A stretch of 64,000 nucleotides of DNA from Lama guanicoe (GCA_013239625.1 MU056733.1:1612001-1676000); one strand, 5' to 3'. Shown: positions 23,161-36,876, counted from the first letter of the stretch. A program made the numbers and translations. The notes: generated by a model not told the origin, from the sequence alone.

Positions 23161-24699
23161 AAGGAACTGAATGAGATGACCCATGTCAGATTTTAGCATG
23201 AAACTGAGGCTCATATTCCTTATTTCCTCCCAAATCCTGGGTGATGGGAGCCACCTGTACCTCTGGTGGCTCCATCCCTAGAGGTATCCAAACACGTCTT
23301 CTCAAGCATTTTAAGTGCCTAGCTCAGTGGCTGGTATATAGCAGGCACACAGCAAATGTCTGCTAAATTTTCTTTTTTTCTCCCAGCTCATTTTGGGATG
23401 CTACAAGGAATACAGGGAAAATAAGCCTTAGACAGAACTTACTAGAAACCCTGGAACCCTCCAAAAGCCCTTCTGCTCATTTCCCCAGACTGATTCAGCA
23501 ATTTCAGTAATAATTGTCTACTTTAAAGTTCTTTTTTTCTATATGTCTAATTGATCTCCCTAGTGTCAGTGCACATTCACAAGATTAACCTCCCACATCC
23601 TTCTCTTTCATTACATCACTTCCCTGCACAGAACCTTTCAATTCCACTGAATGCAGGCTAAAGCCTCACTCCACACTCAAAGACCATATGGTCCCTCTCT
23701 CATTTTTGAATTCTTCCTTACAAAACCTTTAATTGTACACCTGTTAGGGTCTAGATTTTTCACTCTCCCCAGAATGAGTCAGTCTGAGACTTCTGCACAA
23801 GGAGGAGGTTGGACCGTTTGCCATCTGAGGCCCCTCGCACATGCCAATGTACCACAATGGCGCGGCACGTAAGCTCCGGGTCAGGATGCTGGGCTTGATC
23901 CTAACTCCCCTCTCAGCAGATGATTCCCCCGAACAAGCCACAGTTGCCTCTGTGCCTCAGTTTCCTCATCTGCAGCCCTCTTCTCTGGTTGCTGAGCAGA
24001 TTAATGAGACAGTGTAAGTATCTACAACACCCAAAATCTGTTCGCTGTATTCACTACCACCACTAAGAGGCTCTGCGTATCTGCTCACATTCCCAGAACA
24101 CACACTGTGCCCGACTCCAGTCTTCCAGCCCCTCGGCTCACGACGCCCACTCCCCCTCTTGTCTCCCTCCCAAGACTCAGCTGTCCTTTGAGGCAAATCA
24201 CATCCTGCCTCCACGGTGGCCTTTCCAAACCACCTCTGCTTGTGATGGGCTCAACTCTGTGAGTTTCTGTAGCACTGCTGACCACCTTGAGGGCGTTTAT
24301 TAGTTAACAAGATAAACATTTTTTAAAATAACCACTTACACTTTTGAAGTTTGTGCATCTGAAGGAGGCAAAACTGGTCTCAACTTAAGAAGAAGTTATA
24401 CCACAGTGCTCGACACTGAACCACGTGAGCTCAGGGCCGTTCACTTGGCACGACACACTCCTCGTCATGTTCAGCCCATGTTCTGATGGGAACAATCACG
24501 GAAGTTCCACAAAGCGGGAGCATGTGAGCTAGTGGTCAAGGACGGGGAGATTTCTACAGACGTTCCAGGAAAAGAAAATGATGGCAAGCCAAGCCAAGAT
24601 GTGGCTCAAGAAATGGAGGCCGTGCCGGTTTTAAGTGCAGGACACACAGAAGGGAATAGTGAGAGAAGGCCAGGCCAGATCACCGAGGTCGCTGTGGAC

Positions 24700-25320
24700 C
24701 AGGATTTAATGCCTAAGAAACCAGGACCTTCTTCAGGAGATGCTGGAGAGATACTGGAGGTTTCCCAGCTGTGCTTTTTTGCAGGATAAGGCCGAGCTGT
24801 AAGGGGAGAGCCATGGGTTAGAAGGCCAAGGCAGCTGTCTTTGGCCACCACCCTGTGCGGGCTAACCAGGGCCTGGCCCAGGGCAGTGGGCTGTGAGAGG
24901 AGGACGATGTGAGGGGGAGAGATGGAGACGATGGCCTGGCAAAAAGGTGCACTGGCAGAGGAGCCTGGGGTGCTCGGAGGAGTCATGGAGGGAACCTGGC
25001 AGTCTGCCATGTGGGAAGACACTGAATTTCATTTTAGACAACCTGCATTTGGGACGCAGGGAGAAAAACTCAGACCAAGATATCAAGCAAGCAGTCTGAC
25101 ACGTGGGTCTGGAGCTTAGAGGCTCTGGCTCCACAGAGCTACATTTTGTTGAAGCTACAGACGTAGGTAAAAATCACTGAGTGACGAACCATACGAGACA
25201 AGGAGAGCACAGTGCCAGGTCCTTGCTCCAACATGTTCATGAGAAAGAAAAGAGGGCGGGGTGGAAAGCAGCACCTTGGGAGCACCCCCATTTAGTGAGT
25301 GGAAGGACCAGTAAGCCCAG
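24700..25320 (-). mobile_element. L2 relic
   Basis: gaatttcattttagacaacctgcatttg...gcagtctgacacgtgggtctggagcttagagg, resembling L2 reverse strand. Confidence 0.55.
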
Positions 25321-25399
25321 AGCGGTGAGGGCAGGGGTAGGGGGTGTTGGCCATCTGTATCTGAGAAGTGTCTGCAGGTCACAGCGCTGTCTCCGTACA

Positions 25400-25580
25400 C
25401 CAGCCCGTTCACTCTTCCAACAACCCAGAGAGGTGGGCAGGGCCGGCATTACCATCCCCATTTTACAGACAGGAAAACGGAGGCTCCAAAGCTATTTGTT
25501 CAAGATCTCCCACCCAGTTAGTGACAGCCAGCACCACAGCCTGATGGACACAAATCTGTCACCAAGACTGACCCATTTCA
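25400..25580 (-). mobile_element. MIR relic
   Basis: caacccagagaggtgggcag...attaccatccccattttacagacaggaaaacggaggct. Confidence 0.7.
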
Positions 25581-28517
25581 CTGTTCACATCCAGATGACA
25601 CATCATGGCCAAGGTTAACAAAAGACTGCGTAGACATCGATAACTGGCAAGGCTGGGAAGAGGCAGACGGGGATGGGCTCATTCTGACAGTTCCTCTGAG
25701 ACAGGGAGCAGCAGTGGCTGCTGACAAAGACGTCAATTAGCAGGAGTAGATGGCACAGATGCTGATGATTCACCAGACTTCAGTGACAGCAGAAAAAGAG
25801 GCAGATCTGAGTTTGGAAAATGGCAAAGGCTGTGCATCCCTGACCCACTCTGGCTTCCGTCTTAATGACATCATCAGATTGGACACCTCCCAAGAAGGAG
25901 GAAGGTTTCTGACCCCTGCCACAGACATGGCCAGCCAAAAAAGAGCTCAAGGGTGACAGAATAAGGAGGAGACGGGAGGTACTAATCCAGCTGGACTGCA
26001 GCAGTGGGGAGGGGCATGCTTTTGATTTCTGGGGACTAGCAGCCCATCTCTGCCCGGTGTATGAGGCCAGAAAGGAATCCACGCCTCTGGTTGCCCTGTT
26101 CCTGGGGAGCTGTGGCTGCAGCATGAGCCCTGGTCTCCAAAGTCCTCCAAAAAATGAAAAAGCAGAGAAACTTCTCCCAATGGACACTTCAAAGGTGGTG
26201 TCCACAGTGCCCAGGACCTTTCCCCTTTATGGAGCTGAGAAAGGGTAAGAGCTTTTCAAAAGGTGCTTTCCTAAGAAACTTAAGAGGTAAGTAGAACAAA
26301 AAACCCCAAGCAAGAAAATACAGAAGCAATGAAATGGATGAGTTCATGTAAAACAGATCCTTGGGCTGAGGTAACTAACACACCCAACCAAAGCCAGGCT
26401 TGACCAGCTGGGCTCTCTGAGTACCCAGACAATCCCACTCACGTTTCTAGAACATTGTCCAGGGAACTGGGAGGGTCACCTTTTACATTTCTTGAGCTGG
26501 TCCCAGGCAGGAAAAGCAGGAACTATTTTTGGTTTTTTTCTCCTTTTTTGGAAGCAGTACCCTTAATGCACGTGATCTTCATGGCTAACCTTGCAAAAGA
26601 GCCTCATGTGAACCCTGGGCCAAGGAGGAGGCTTCTGTCCCACAAATATCCTTCCCACTTTGCCTCTGTCCTTCATAACTGATGTTCTGAATTCCTTTAA
26701 AAAGGTGAACATCGCTTTTAATGTAAATATAGAGCTTAAAATAAAATGTGCCCAGGAGCAGTAACCACATACTCATTCACTCATCAGCACGTGTCGGGCA
26801 CCTACTCTGAGCGTGGCTGTGTGCTCTGTGCTGAAGAAACAAATGCGGATCAAAGCCCCTGGGCTCCAGGATCTCACATCTCAGTGGGAGTATCTTACTA
26901 CTGGTGGACAAAGTGATCTGGAACACAAGCCAACCTGACCGTGCATGGCAGGGACAGGCCCTAGGGGAGCACTGGAGGGACCTGGAGAAATGCTGAGTTT
27001 GGCAGATAGAATCTTCCAGAAGGTCCACAAGACTGGCACCAAGCCGTCACCTGCTCTGACGGGGCTGGCCAGCTAGTTCATGATTTGATCAGGGCTAGAT
27101 CTCATCACCTTCCACTGCACTACAGTTTGGAGGTTGAGCTGAGCAGCTGTCTAAGTGAATGCGGGTGTAATAGGAGAACTCTCTGGGTAATTAAGTCTTT
27201 TCTCCAGGCGAAGTAATCTCAAAATATAGTACCTATTGAGGCTGCAAAATGTGAAGAGAAACTTCCCCAGAGTGACGTTATGTGTGCCCCAGGGCCAAAC
27301 GTCTCCAGGCACATTGCTAAAAATTCGTTATTGAGAAACAAGCAGGACCTCGGTGTCGTCCCAGAAATGAGGTCAAAAGGGAAAGCACCTGGTTCTTTGC
27401 AACCCAGGCTTGGCCACCATGCTCAGGTGCTGCCGCTTAAACTTTTTACATTGACTTTGAACTATTCATCAGCTTAATTTGATCCATTAAGATCATGATG
27501 CAGTTTTAAGATCTCAGGACTCCTTTCATGGGACTTTGGCCAGCCCCACAAGAGATGGCTCCTTCCAATGACCTTTCATGAAAGGCATATGGATTTTTCC
27601 ATGCTCATCAGAGGAGCTAGCAGTTATTTTTCTGTTGTCACCAAAACCAAAAAACAAAAAAAACCAAAAAACAAAAAACACCCAAAAACCAACCAAACAA
27701 AAACCCCAAAACCTCTGTGGCTCAGGGTAAGTGCCAAAATGGACAGATTTATAGCACAGAAGAGGTAAGCCTGGCGGGTAAGAGGAGATACAGAGATGAC
27801 CAGGACCATCAGTGAATGATGCTCAGCCCTAGGTGAGGTCTGACAGCCCGGACTCCACTCCTTCCTCACTGACCATCCTGGTTGCTCCTACTTCTCTGAA
27901 GGCCCATTTCCTCAGTGGCTCCCTGTTCCCCCTTTTGTCCTTAAAGGTGGACATCCCTGAGACACCCATCTACTGCCCACTCCTCCGGCACACTCTCCTT
28001 CAGAGAAGCCTGCACGCTCAGATCTCTGGCTCCCCATCTGGACCACCTCTCACTGCTGTGGTTCCAGTGTCTTTCCTGCCCCACAGGAACCACAGAGCCC
28101 TGCAAGCCTGGCCAGGAGACTGCCCCATGGCCCCGCTTGTTCTTTGGGCCCATCTCTGGTGTAACTGTGCCCCTTTCTTCTCCACTGGGTTCCTCGGCAT
28201 CAGTAGCCTCAGCCCACTCTGGAGACTAGCCCCTGTCACTCTGGACCCCTGACAGTCTGCTCTTGGCCCCTGGCCTCCCAGCAACACCGCATGTGCTTCT
28301 TGCTGGTTTCTTGGCTATTTCATCACAGTTGCCTAACTCTCCTGGTCCAAACAATTCAGGGGGCTCTCAATGTCCACTGAGGACAGGTCTCTGAACCACA
28401 TGCCAGGGCAGCAGGGGCACAGTAATAAAGTCCTCATAATTTCAAAATCTGCCCTCTCCGCCCACCCCACTACCCATCCTCCACTGTCTCCCCAAGTGAG
28501 AGGGAGAAGGCGAGAAC

Positions 28518-28545
28518 CAGCCAGCCAGCCAGCCAGCCAGCCAGC
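28518..28545. repeat. (CCAG)n tetranucleotide repeat, about 30 nt into intron 8
   Basis: ccagccagccagccagccagccagccag. Confidence 0.9.
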
Positions 28546-28572
28546 TCCGCCCGGCCCATGGCGCTCACTTAC

Positions 28573-28640
28573 AAACTGGCCTCGCAGCTGGGTCGCAGCC
28601 TTCTGGAAATGCGGCATTGTCCTCTTGCACAAGCTGCACC
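28573..28640 (-). CDS. PDIA5: PDIA5 exon 8 (68 nt), first CxxC active site (WCSLC)
   Basis: gaccag|GG TGC AGC TTG TGC...CAG TTT|gtaagt; (W)CSLCKRTMPHFQKAATQLRGQF. Confidence 0.96.
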
Positions 28641-31141
28641 CTGGTCACCAGCAGGAGAAAAACCAAAGTGGTTACAATGGGCCCAAAGCCCCACCCTCTC
28701 TCCCCTCCCGACCTTTACCAACAGCCTTTATGCCGCCTCCGGAAGTGCGGGACCACCCCAGACTCTGGGAACACACAGAACAAAGCAGAGGCCCGGCCCC
28801 CAAGGAGTTTCCAATCTCAACGCATGAAACAGGACCCAGGCCAGCACTCACTCAATAAATGTGGGACTAAGGAAACGGGACCCAGCTGGGGGAGGGCAAA
28901 GTACTGAATAATTCAGAGCTGATAATGAGTTCAACAGGAATTCAGGGAGCCAGAGCAGGTGCCAGGAAGGCACCCCTTCACCACACATAGCTAAAAGCCT
29001 CCCTTCGGTGCCCCTGCCCAGCCAGGGGCTGCAGATGCACCTAAATCGAATGCCATTAGGAGGAAAATTGTGCAAACACGAACAAATGGCTTTGGGGATT
29101 TCGTGCCTCTTTTCTTTCATTAACAAGGACAATCACATTATGACTGGAGGTGGCCAAGCACCAACCAGGACCGACACTTGAATCCTCGTCTTCCCCCATC
29201 TGCTGGATGGCCCCAGACAGGTCGCCTCCTCTCTCTGGGCCGCTGCCCCTTCTGGCAATGATGGGCAGATGACCTCAGGCCCCTCCCAGCCCTGACTTGG
29301 GACTCTGCGATGTCTTTGGCTCAGTCCACACTGGGTTCTGTGGTCCACCACCGTCACACTCCCCTGCTGGGTGGTGAAGCCTTCAGAGACTCAGGGCCAA
29401 GACAGCCAGGTCCCAAACACCTACTGCTACCTCAGAGTGACCCTGATCTAAACCACCCCTCGCCTTCAACCAGAGCAAGACACATACAGGCACTGACCCC
29501 GCAGGACACGAGCAGAGGTTTCCTCAGACACAAGGAACTCAAACGTGCCAGGCCGTTACTCTTTCTGGCAGATGCGCTGCTGCAAAACAGGATTTGAGCT
29601 GCCTCTGAAGGCCACAGACACCAAAGCTGCCTGGAGCCCCGTGTCAGGCTGGAGGCTCATTTCAACATGGCACAGCGGGGACAGGGCTATGTGGCAGCAG
29701 GCTGACAAGCTCTAATCCACATTCAGCTAATGCCTTGGCAGGCCGTGGGCAGAGCAGTACAGATCAGAGGGGTGCTCTCACCCATGGAGACAGAAACAGA
29801 CACTGAAAAACTGTGAGCAGGTCAAAACTCCCCAGGGACCACCTGAACCTCCCCAGGACCAAATCTACTGCACAAGATGGGATGCAGGATATCCTGATAT
29901 GAAACTCTCAAAATGCCCACGGCCCCCTCCCTGACACTCCTGCCTAGGGGACAGAAGCACACACACACCAGCACATTCAGCCTGGGCTTAAGGTTCAGGC
30001 TCAGACTTGGGGAACACAGGAGGCTGGGGCAAGGTCAGCTTGCAGTGCAAAATCCTACAGCATCTGTCCTCAGAAGACAAGGAGCTGCCACCACAGCATG
30101 ACCCTCACAAGATCCAGGAAGGGAGGAATATGACATGGGTCAGGGGGCTTTGCTCCCACTGTGGGGATTTCCACTGTGGGGAGAGGAAAATGAAAACAGA
30201 CAGTGATGCCAACTCCCTGGGAAGCCTGGGCTGCACCAGGTGGATGCCATGCAGAGGCAGAGGAAGGGGCTCGGCTCTGGGGAGAATGAGACCCAGGTAT
30301 GCATCTCCCCTTGACCACTGCTGCGTGTGACTGTGGGCTAGTGCTGTGAGCCATCTGAGCCTCAGCTTCCCCTTCTGTGGAGATGGCATGTGCCCTGCAG
30401 GCTGAGGGGCAGAGCCAACACCCAGGAGGGCAGGCAGAACCAGGCACCAGCAGGGCAGGTTCTACAACACAAGGCCTGAGAGTGTGCCTCCCAGTCTGTG
30501 GTGGGGAGACACTCCCACAGGGACCAGAGGGTGTCACTCCATCCCCAGGAGGGAGGATGATGGGGGGCACACTTGCAGCCCTTCCCCCACTCCTTGCTCA
30601 GTGACTTGATGAGATGGGGGAGTCTGGCACCCGGTGGGTCACATCTCAGCGGTCAGGAGCTTAATTTACTGCTTGTCCTCACAGGCGCGGCCTCTCTCTC
30701 TTCCAGCAAGGCCTGTCGTCCACCTGCAGCAACATTAGCCCCCACATCCCCTGAAGACGTGGTCAGTCAGCCAGCTGTCCCAGCAGGTAGAAGCCAGCAG
30801 CATGGGGTGAAGAAGATACGGGGGAAAGAGGTGATGGAAGACTAACAGGGAGCTGCAGACCAAGCCAGTTTCCACTTGACCAAAAACAGAGCTGGAACTG
30901 TGACCCCAACCTGAGTTTAGCCTTCAGCTGGTTCATCTGGGAGGCAGGGGAACTAATTACCCTAATTACTAGACTAATTACCACTCTCAAACCCCAAAAG
31001 TGAGCACACCAGCCCTTTTACTTCCTCATTAATTCAGTCAACAGTCACTGAATAAACAATAGGTCCTGTGGACCTAGACTTCTGGTCACAACTAAAGGCT
31101 CCCGCTGCCTTTGGGCTCATTCATCCTAACTGTGATCAAAG

Positions 31142-31460
31142 CACTATGAGCTCCACCACAAAACAGAAACAGACTCGCAGACATAGTAAATAATCTTACG
31201 GTTACCAGGGAAGGGAATGGAGAGGGATAAATTTGGCAGTTTGAGATTTACAAATGTTAGCTACTATATATAAAAATAGATTTTAAAAAAAAGTTTCTGC
31301 TGTATAGCACAGGGAACTATGTTCAGTATTTTGTACTAACCCTTAATGAAAAAAAATATGAAAATGAATATATGTGTGTATATGCATTGACTGGGACATT
31401 GTGCTGCACACCAGAAATTGAAACACTGGAACTGATGGTACTTCAATTAAAAAAAAGATC
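31142..31460 (+). mobile_element. 5'-truncated L1 3'UTR
   Basis: Strong similarity to 2677-2978; TSD aactgtgatcaaag (31128-31141) / aattgtgatcaaag (31461-31474). Confidence 0.9.
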
Positions 31461-32574
31461 AATTGTGATCAAAGGATCAAAGAGTCCTAAAAGACTTCCC
31501 AGTCAGGGAACTGGTGTTTCCTAGGAATAAACTGAATTATGAGGCCAGGAGGGCTTGACTGGTCTAATATAATAAAAGCACGAGTTTGTTTCATTGAAAA
31601 CAACAGTAGCCACACAATCTGGGGCTACCCAGGACCCAAGAGGCCATCCAATCCTTCCCCTCACCACAAGTAGTAAACTTAACAGCTCCGAGTTTTCACC
31701 CCCCAACCCTATGACTAATTCCTACAAGGAACCTAGCTTCCTCCCCTAGCTTTCTATTCTATAAAGATGATGACCTTGCTCACTGCTCTGCCTGCTCTGA
31801 TGAGGGGATGGCCCCCTGCCGACAGCCCGGGGGTTGGGGTCGGGGCACGGCACATCCACTCAGGTGCACACTGCTAGTGAACCACTCTCTGGAGGTCACA
31901 CTGAAACCTGCACAGTTATACCATGATCCTGCCTTGTGACATGTACTGCATACTGACATCCACTCTGTTTTAGTCTCATTGACCGATGTGTTGAGACCAG
32001 CAGGGTTCTGAGACAAACCAAAGGAGGCCCGTCCTCAAAAGTTTGTGCAGCCAAGAAGATCCCTCCGAGGTGAAACCAACTAACGAACGCTAATAGAGAG
32101 AATGACCCAGGGTTAAAGTGCAGACTGCCGACCCAGAGCCACCTCTAACAGGAAATGGGACACCAGAGCCTCTTTCCACGGGCAGGCACACCCATGGGGC
32201 AGTAAGGTGTTGGGGGAGGTTGGGTGGGGGACTATCCAGCAGTCAACACGGACTGGGGAGAGGCTGCTGTCACTCTGAGCAAGCCCAAGTCAGGCAGACC
32301 CACCAGAATCCCATCAAAGGGTATCTGGCCTCAGGGTGAAGATGGGAAGGGCCTCTGCTGGGATTCTCAGGAAGGGGCACTGAAGGCGGGCTTTCAAGAA
32401 TAAACAGAACCCTGGTGTCACAGCCTGTGAAACCCAGCTGAGTCACTGGCCTGGGCACACCCATCTCCCACCACTCACAGACCCTCTCGCTCCAGCCCTT
32501 AGTCCTTTGGCTTCCTGGATGCACATGCACTTCAAAAGTCATGGGTCTACAGGCCGTACACAGGCTCTAATCCA

Positions 32575-32781
32575 GGGTTTCTCAGTCTGTAGGTGGGAAC
32601 CAGACTGCAGGGTGGCCCAGATGGGGAATATCTGTGGCTTTGCAGACACTGACTTTGCAGACTAGCCTGGAGCTTGAAGGCAGTCACAGACAACCTGTAA
32701 ACTAACAGATGTGACTGTGTTCCCACAAAATTTAATTTACAATAAGAGGCAGTCAGCCCATGGGCCACAATTTGCTGACCC
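32575..32781. mobile_element. hAT-Charlie MITE (MER58-like)
   Basis: gcagtcacagacaacctgtaaactaacagatgtgactgtgttcccacaaaatttaatttaca...ccatgggccacaatttgctgaccc. Confidence 0.7.
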
Positions 32782-33649
32782 TTTATAATAGGGCTATGAA
32801 TTAGTAAGAAAAATTAATTTTTAAATAAAACAGTGTGTACTACATCTGGCTGAGTGGATGTCAAGTAGTAAGAGTGAGTATGGTTTTGCGACACTTTTCA
32901 GCTTACTTATATACAGTTTACCTACAATTGTAGTAACGGGTTACAATGTAATATATGTTTAATACTATGAAATACAGTCAAAAATTTTGAAAGCCACTGC
33001 TCTGATCCAGCCCCTTCCTTTCCTTAGAGAAATGGAACTGAGACGCAGAGCAGTGAAGGATTTGACCAAGGTCACCCTGCTTGCTGGTGACATAGCTGGA
33101 ATGAGTCCCCAGGTCTTCTGGTTGTCATCTCGATGGTCCTTCTGCTGTTTCCGTGGTCTCTTGCCTCATACAGAGACCGAACCCAAATACCGGCCTCCTT
33201 CTCCCTGGTCCAGATTCCCTCAGCCCACCCAAGTGGCACTGGCAGGGGCACACAGGAGCCAGCCAGGCTCTGGTGGTGAATAGTAGGAGCCCCTCAGACC
33301 CTCAGATCCTCCACAGGGCACACAGCGGCCAGGGAAGGGTGGTAGGCCCAACGGAGGCGGAGCCGGGAGGGCAGAGGTACCTGGAGCAGGTGGAGACCCG
33401 TCCTGCCACTAGTTGAAGAGGGCAGGATGCCAAATCTAGTGAGAGACGTGGACGGGGAGCTGGGGGTGGGGGAGCCAGATGAAACAGCAAAGATGAAGGA
33501 AAAGAGGCACAGACAGAGAGGTGGGATGCGGAAGTGCCCGGGCAATCTAAGTGAGAGGCAGGGGCTCAACTCCGGCACCCCCTCACCCACCAGCGGCCCC
33601 ACCAAGGGTCTGAACAATGACCCTGAGCCCCACAGAGGAAGTCACTCAC

Positions 33650-33710
33650 AGGGAGAATAAAACATGATGAGGATCGGCTTCTCCTCCTTCTTTAGGAGCC
33701 GTCTGAAGTC
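33650..33710 (-). CDS. PDIA5: PDIA5 exon 7 (61 nt)
   Basis: cctcag|GAC TTC AGA...TCT CCC T|gtgagt; DFRRLLKKEEKPILIMFYSP(W). Confidence 0.96.
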
Positions 33711-35888
33711 CTGAGGCACAAAAAGAGGACACCACAGGTCACACACAACATAGTAATGGAGGTGACGTTCCCCGCCCACCCCAGGACCCACATGGTGTGA
33801 GGAAACCCCAGGGTCTGACTTGGGGGGCACAGTGCAGAGTCTCAGCACACTGGGAGCTGAGATCATCCATTCTAGCCACCTGGCATGTTACAGATGGGGA
33901 AACTGAGGTCCCCAGGGGACAAGTGGCTTTCCCAAGGCCACCTGGTGGGACCAAGCGGTCAGGCCCAGGCTACTGGCCTCTCTGAGCTCCAGATGAACAA
34001 TTAAAGACTGCAAGGAGCAACCTGGTCCCAGGTTGGCCAGGCCACCCCTTCTTCATGTGATCTATGGAGCATGTTCTGTTGTGATGGGTGCTTGTTTTCA
34101 TGGAGGACTGACTTGGCCGGATGGGGACCTGCTCGTCACATAACACAGGGTTAACCCACCCCAAAGAACCTCTTCTCCCTGCCCAGCCCAACCACACTGT
34201 CCAGGGCCCCAGAAGTCCACGGTGCACACAGCAGCATATGGATGAGACGAGATGTGCCCCCACCCCCAGGAGGCTACAAGCTGAACGGATCATTTGTATT
34301 TGTAAAACCCTTAGAACAGCGCCTGGTTCATTATCAGGCAATATATAATTATTTGTTAAATGAACACAATAAATGTAAAAAGACAAATGGTTCCAACAGT
34401 GCTAATGGAGAGACTTCAGCGTAAAGCAGGGTGAGAGACTTTTCTTCCAACCAGAAAAATTAAATCTATCAAGGACTGTGGAGAAGCACGATGACAGAGC
34501 GTATTTTGATTAAAATAAGCTCCTCTAACCAGTTACCATGGAAGAAAATTCAAGCTTCTCCTCTTTTGAATAGTAAGGAAAATAAGAAGAAATTTCAAAA
34601 TGCACCTTCCTGGCATTGGGTAATAAATAGATGACGGTACACCCCACACAACGGGCTACTACTGCATCCTTAAAAATGACAGGAGTATTTAATGTCATAG
34701 CCAGATGTGCACCTTACATTAAGGAGGGGGAGGAAGTTACAAAACAGCACATAAAATGTAATGACACTTTTGTGAATACAAATATCTGTGTGTGCGTTAC
34801 GTTGAAAGCCTGGACGGCTACAGAAAATACTGGCAGTGGGTATCTCTCAACACGGAGGGATGGGGTGAATTTTTTTTCTTTCTTTTATGCTTAAGCTATG
34901 TTTTCTAAATTTTCATCAATGAATATGCATTATAATTTTTCAGTTAGGTAAAAAAAGATCACAAATATTTTACGGGAATTTAAAACATCATGTAACAAAT
35001 TCTGAAAACGTGTACTCTTATTTATGTAACTACAGGGTTGAGGCACTCATTTTAAGCAGAATTAGTAACCAAGATCTTTGACCCTGATGGAGGAGGCAAA
35101 TGCTTTGAAAATGATTTTCTGGAGTCCCTGGAGCTAACACCGGTAAAAGATCTAGGGAAAAAGGCTTCTCTGAGCCTGCAGTATTTTGGTTTCACATCCT
35201 GAGGATTAACAAATATTACATTACATTCAAAGATGCTTAATTACCTCCAAGTAAGTGTGGAACTCTAAGCTTACAAATGTCAATCAGTAACTCAAACTTG
35301 AATTTGGAACTTCAGTGATTTTACGTGGGGAGTCTACTGGCAGAAAGGTAGCCGTGCCTCATACTTCTACCTGAGTGAGAACAGCACCAAGTGTAACAAG
35401 GGGACTGCCCACAGGTGTAAAGAAAGAATTTCTGCTTAATAATTTCTAGTTACAGAAGAGCAATTTTAGGAGTTCCGGGACATGAACGTTTTGGGGGAGG
35501 GAGGCGGCAGGCAATAACTTTCCAGAAAAGCTAAAAAACAAGTATGATCACATCTACCTGGGAGAAAACATCAGTTTAGGCTGTTCGTCATTTCATGGCT
35601 ACAGGCACAGGGCCACTACGTCCTGACACTTGCCCCACTGCCTTTGCCCCCAGCATGCTTTTTGAAAAGGCTTCACCTTCCAGTTGGCAATGCTGGCTCT
35701 TTCTATCTCAGAGAAATGCTGATGCCCAGCCCTTAATCTGAAAGGCCCACGTGGTTGGCCCGCGATGATCACACAGGATCCCTCCTCCAGAAAGTATAAA
35801 TGGCATCATTTTTGTGTGTGTGCTAATGAGCATTAAGAGTCAATAATTTTAAACTAAAAGGGAGGGAGGCAAAGAAAGATAAAAGGTA

Positions 35889-36329
35889 ACAACATAATGC
35901 CATTTGCAGCAACATGGATGCTCCTGGAGAATGTCATTCTAAGTGAAGTAAGCCAGAAAGAGAAAGAAAAATACCATATGAGATCGCTCATATGTGGAAT
36001 CTAAAAAACAAAAACAAACAAACAAACAAAAAAAAACCATAAATACAGTGCAGAAATAGACTCATGGACAGAGAATACAGACTTGTGGTTACCAGGGGGG
36101 TAGAGGGTGGGAAGGGATAGACTGGGATTTCAAAATTGTAGAATAGATAAACAAGATTACACTGTATAGCACAGGGAAATATACACAAAATGTTATGATA
36201 AATCACAGAGAAAAAAATGTGACAATGAGTGTGTATATGTCCATGAATGACTGAAAAACTGTGCTGAACTACTGGAATTTGACACAACATTGTAAAATGA
36301 TTATAAATCAATAAAAAATGTTAAAAAAA
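35889..36329 (+). mobile_element. Young lineage-specific 5'-truncated L1 3' end
   Basis: ATAATGCCATTTGCAGCAACATGGATG...AATCAATAAAAAATGTTAAAAAAAA; perfect 18-bp TSD aaagaaagataaaaggta at 35871-35888 and 36330-36347. Confidence 0.95.
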
Positions 36330-36800
36330 AAAGAAAGATAAAAGGTACATTTTATGTTACCAAGATATAAACAAACATTCTCTATCTACAAAAAAGCACT
36401 GCTTGCCTCACAGACCATTTGAAATGTGACAAAGAAGCTTGTGCCCATCCCAACCTGAAGGCACAGCCACGCAAGCAAGGCACATACGTGCATGTGATAC
36501 ACACACAGGGACCCGTACACAGAGAGGCACATTCAGGGCAGGCGGGGCAGGCTTTGAAAGGAGGAGGGTGTCAGGGTTGTGAGCAGACTATATATCAGAA
36601 CCACCCTTCCGCTCCCCAACCCTCCACCCCGGCCAAACCCAGAAAATGAAGTAAACAACTTGTTCAAAGTTAACCCAGTAACTCAGAATCAGAGACCTGA
36701 CCCAAGTCTCTAGAAATCCAACTCAAACCTTTCAGACTAGACTTAAAACAAAATTACACACACAAAAAAACAAAACCCAATTTAAAAAAAACAAAAACAT

Positions 36801-36876
36801 GGGGGTTGGATATAGCTTAGTGGTAGAGCATATGCTTAGCATGCCCAAGGTTCTGGGTTTAACCCCCAGTATCTCC

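Noticed and set aside
24451-24482. acactcctcgtcatgttcagcccatg resembles the 3' end of the missing exon 11 (LVMFHAPW)
   Set aside because: Wrong strand, wrong intron (intron 8), only about 12 nt of contiguous match, frame broken and no splice sites; treated as chance.
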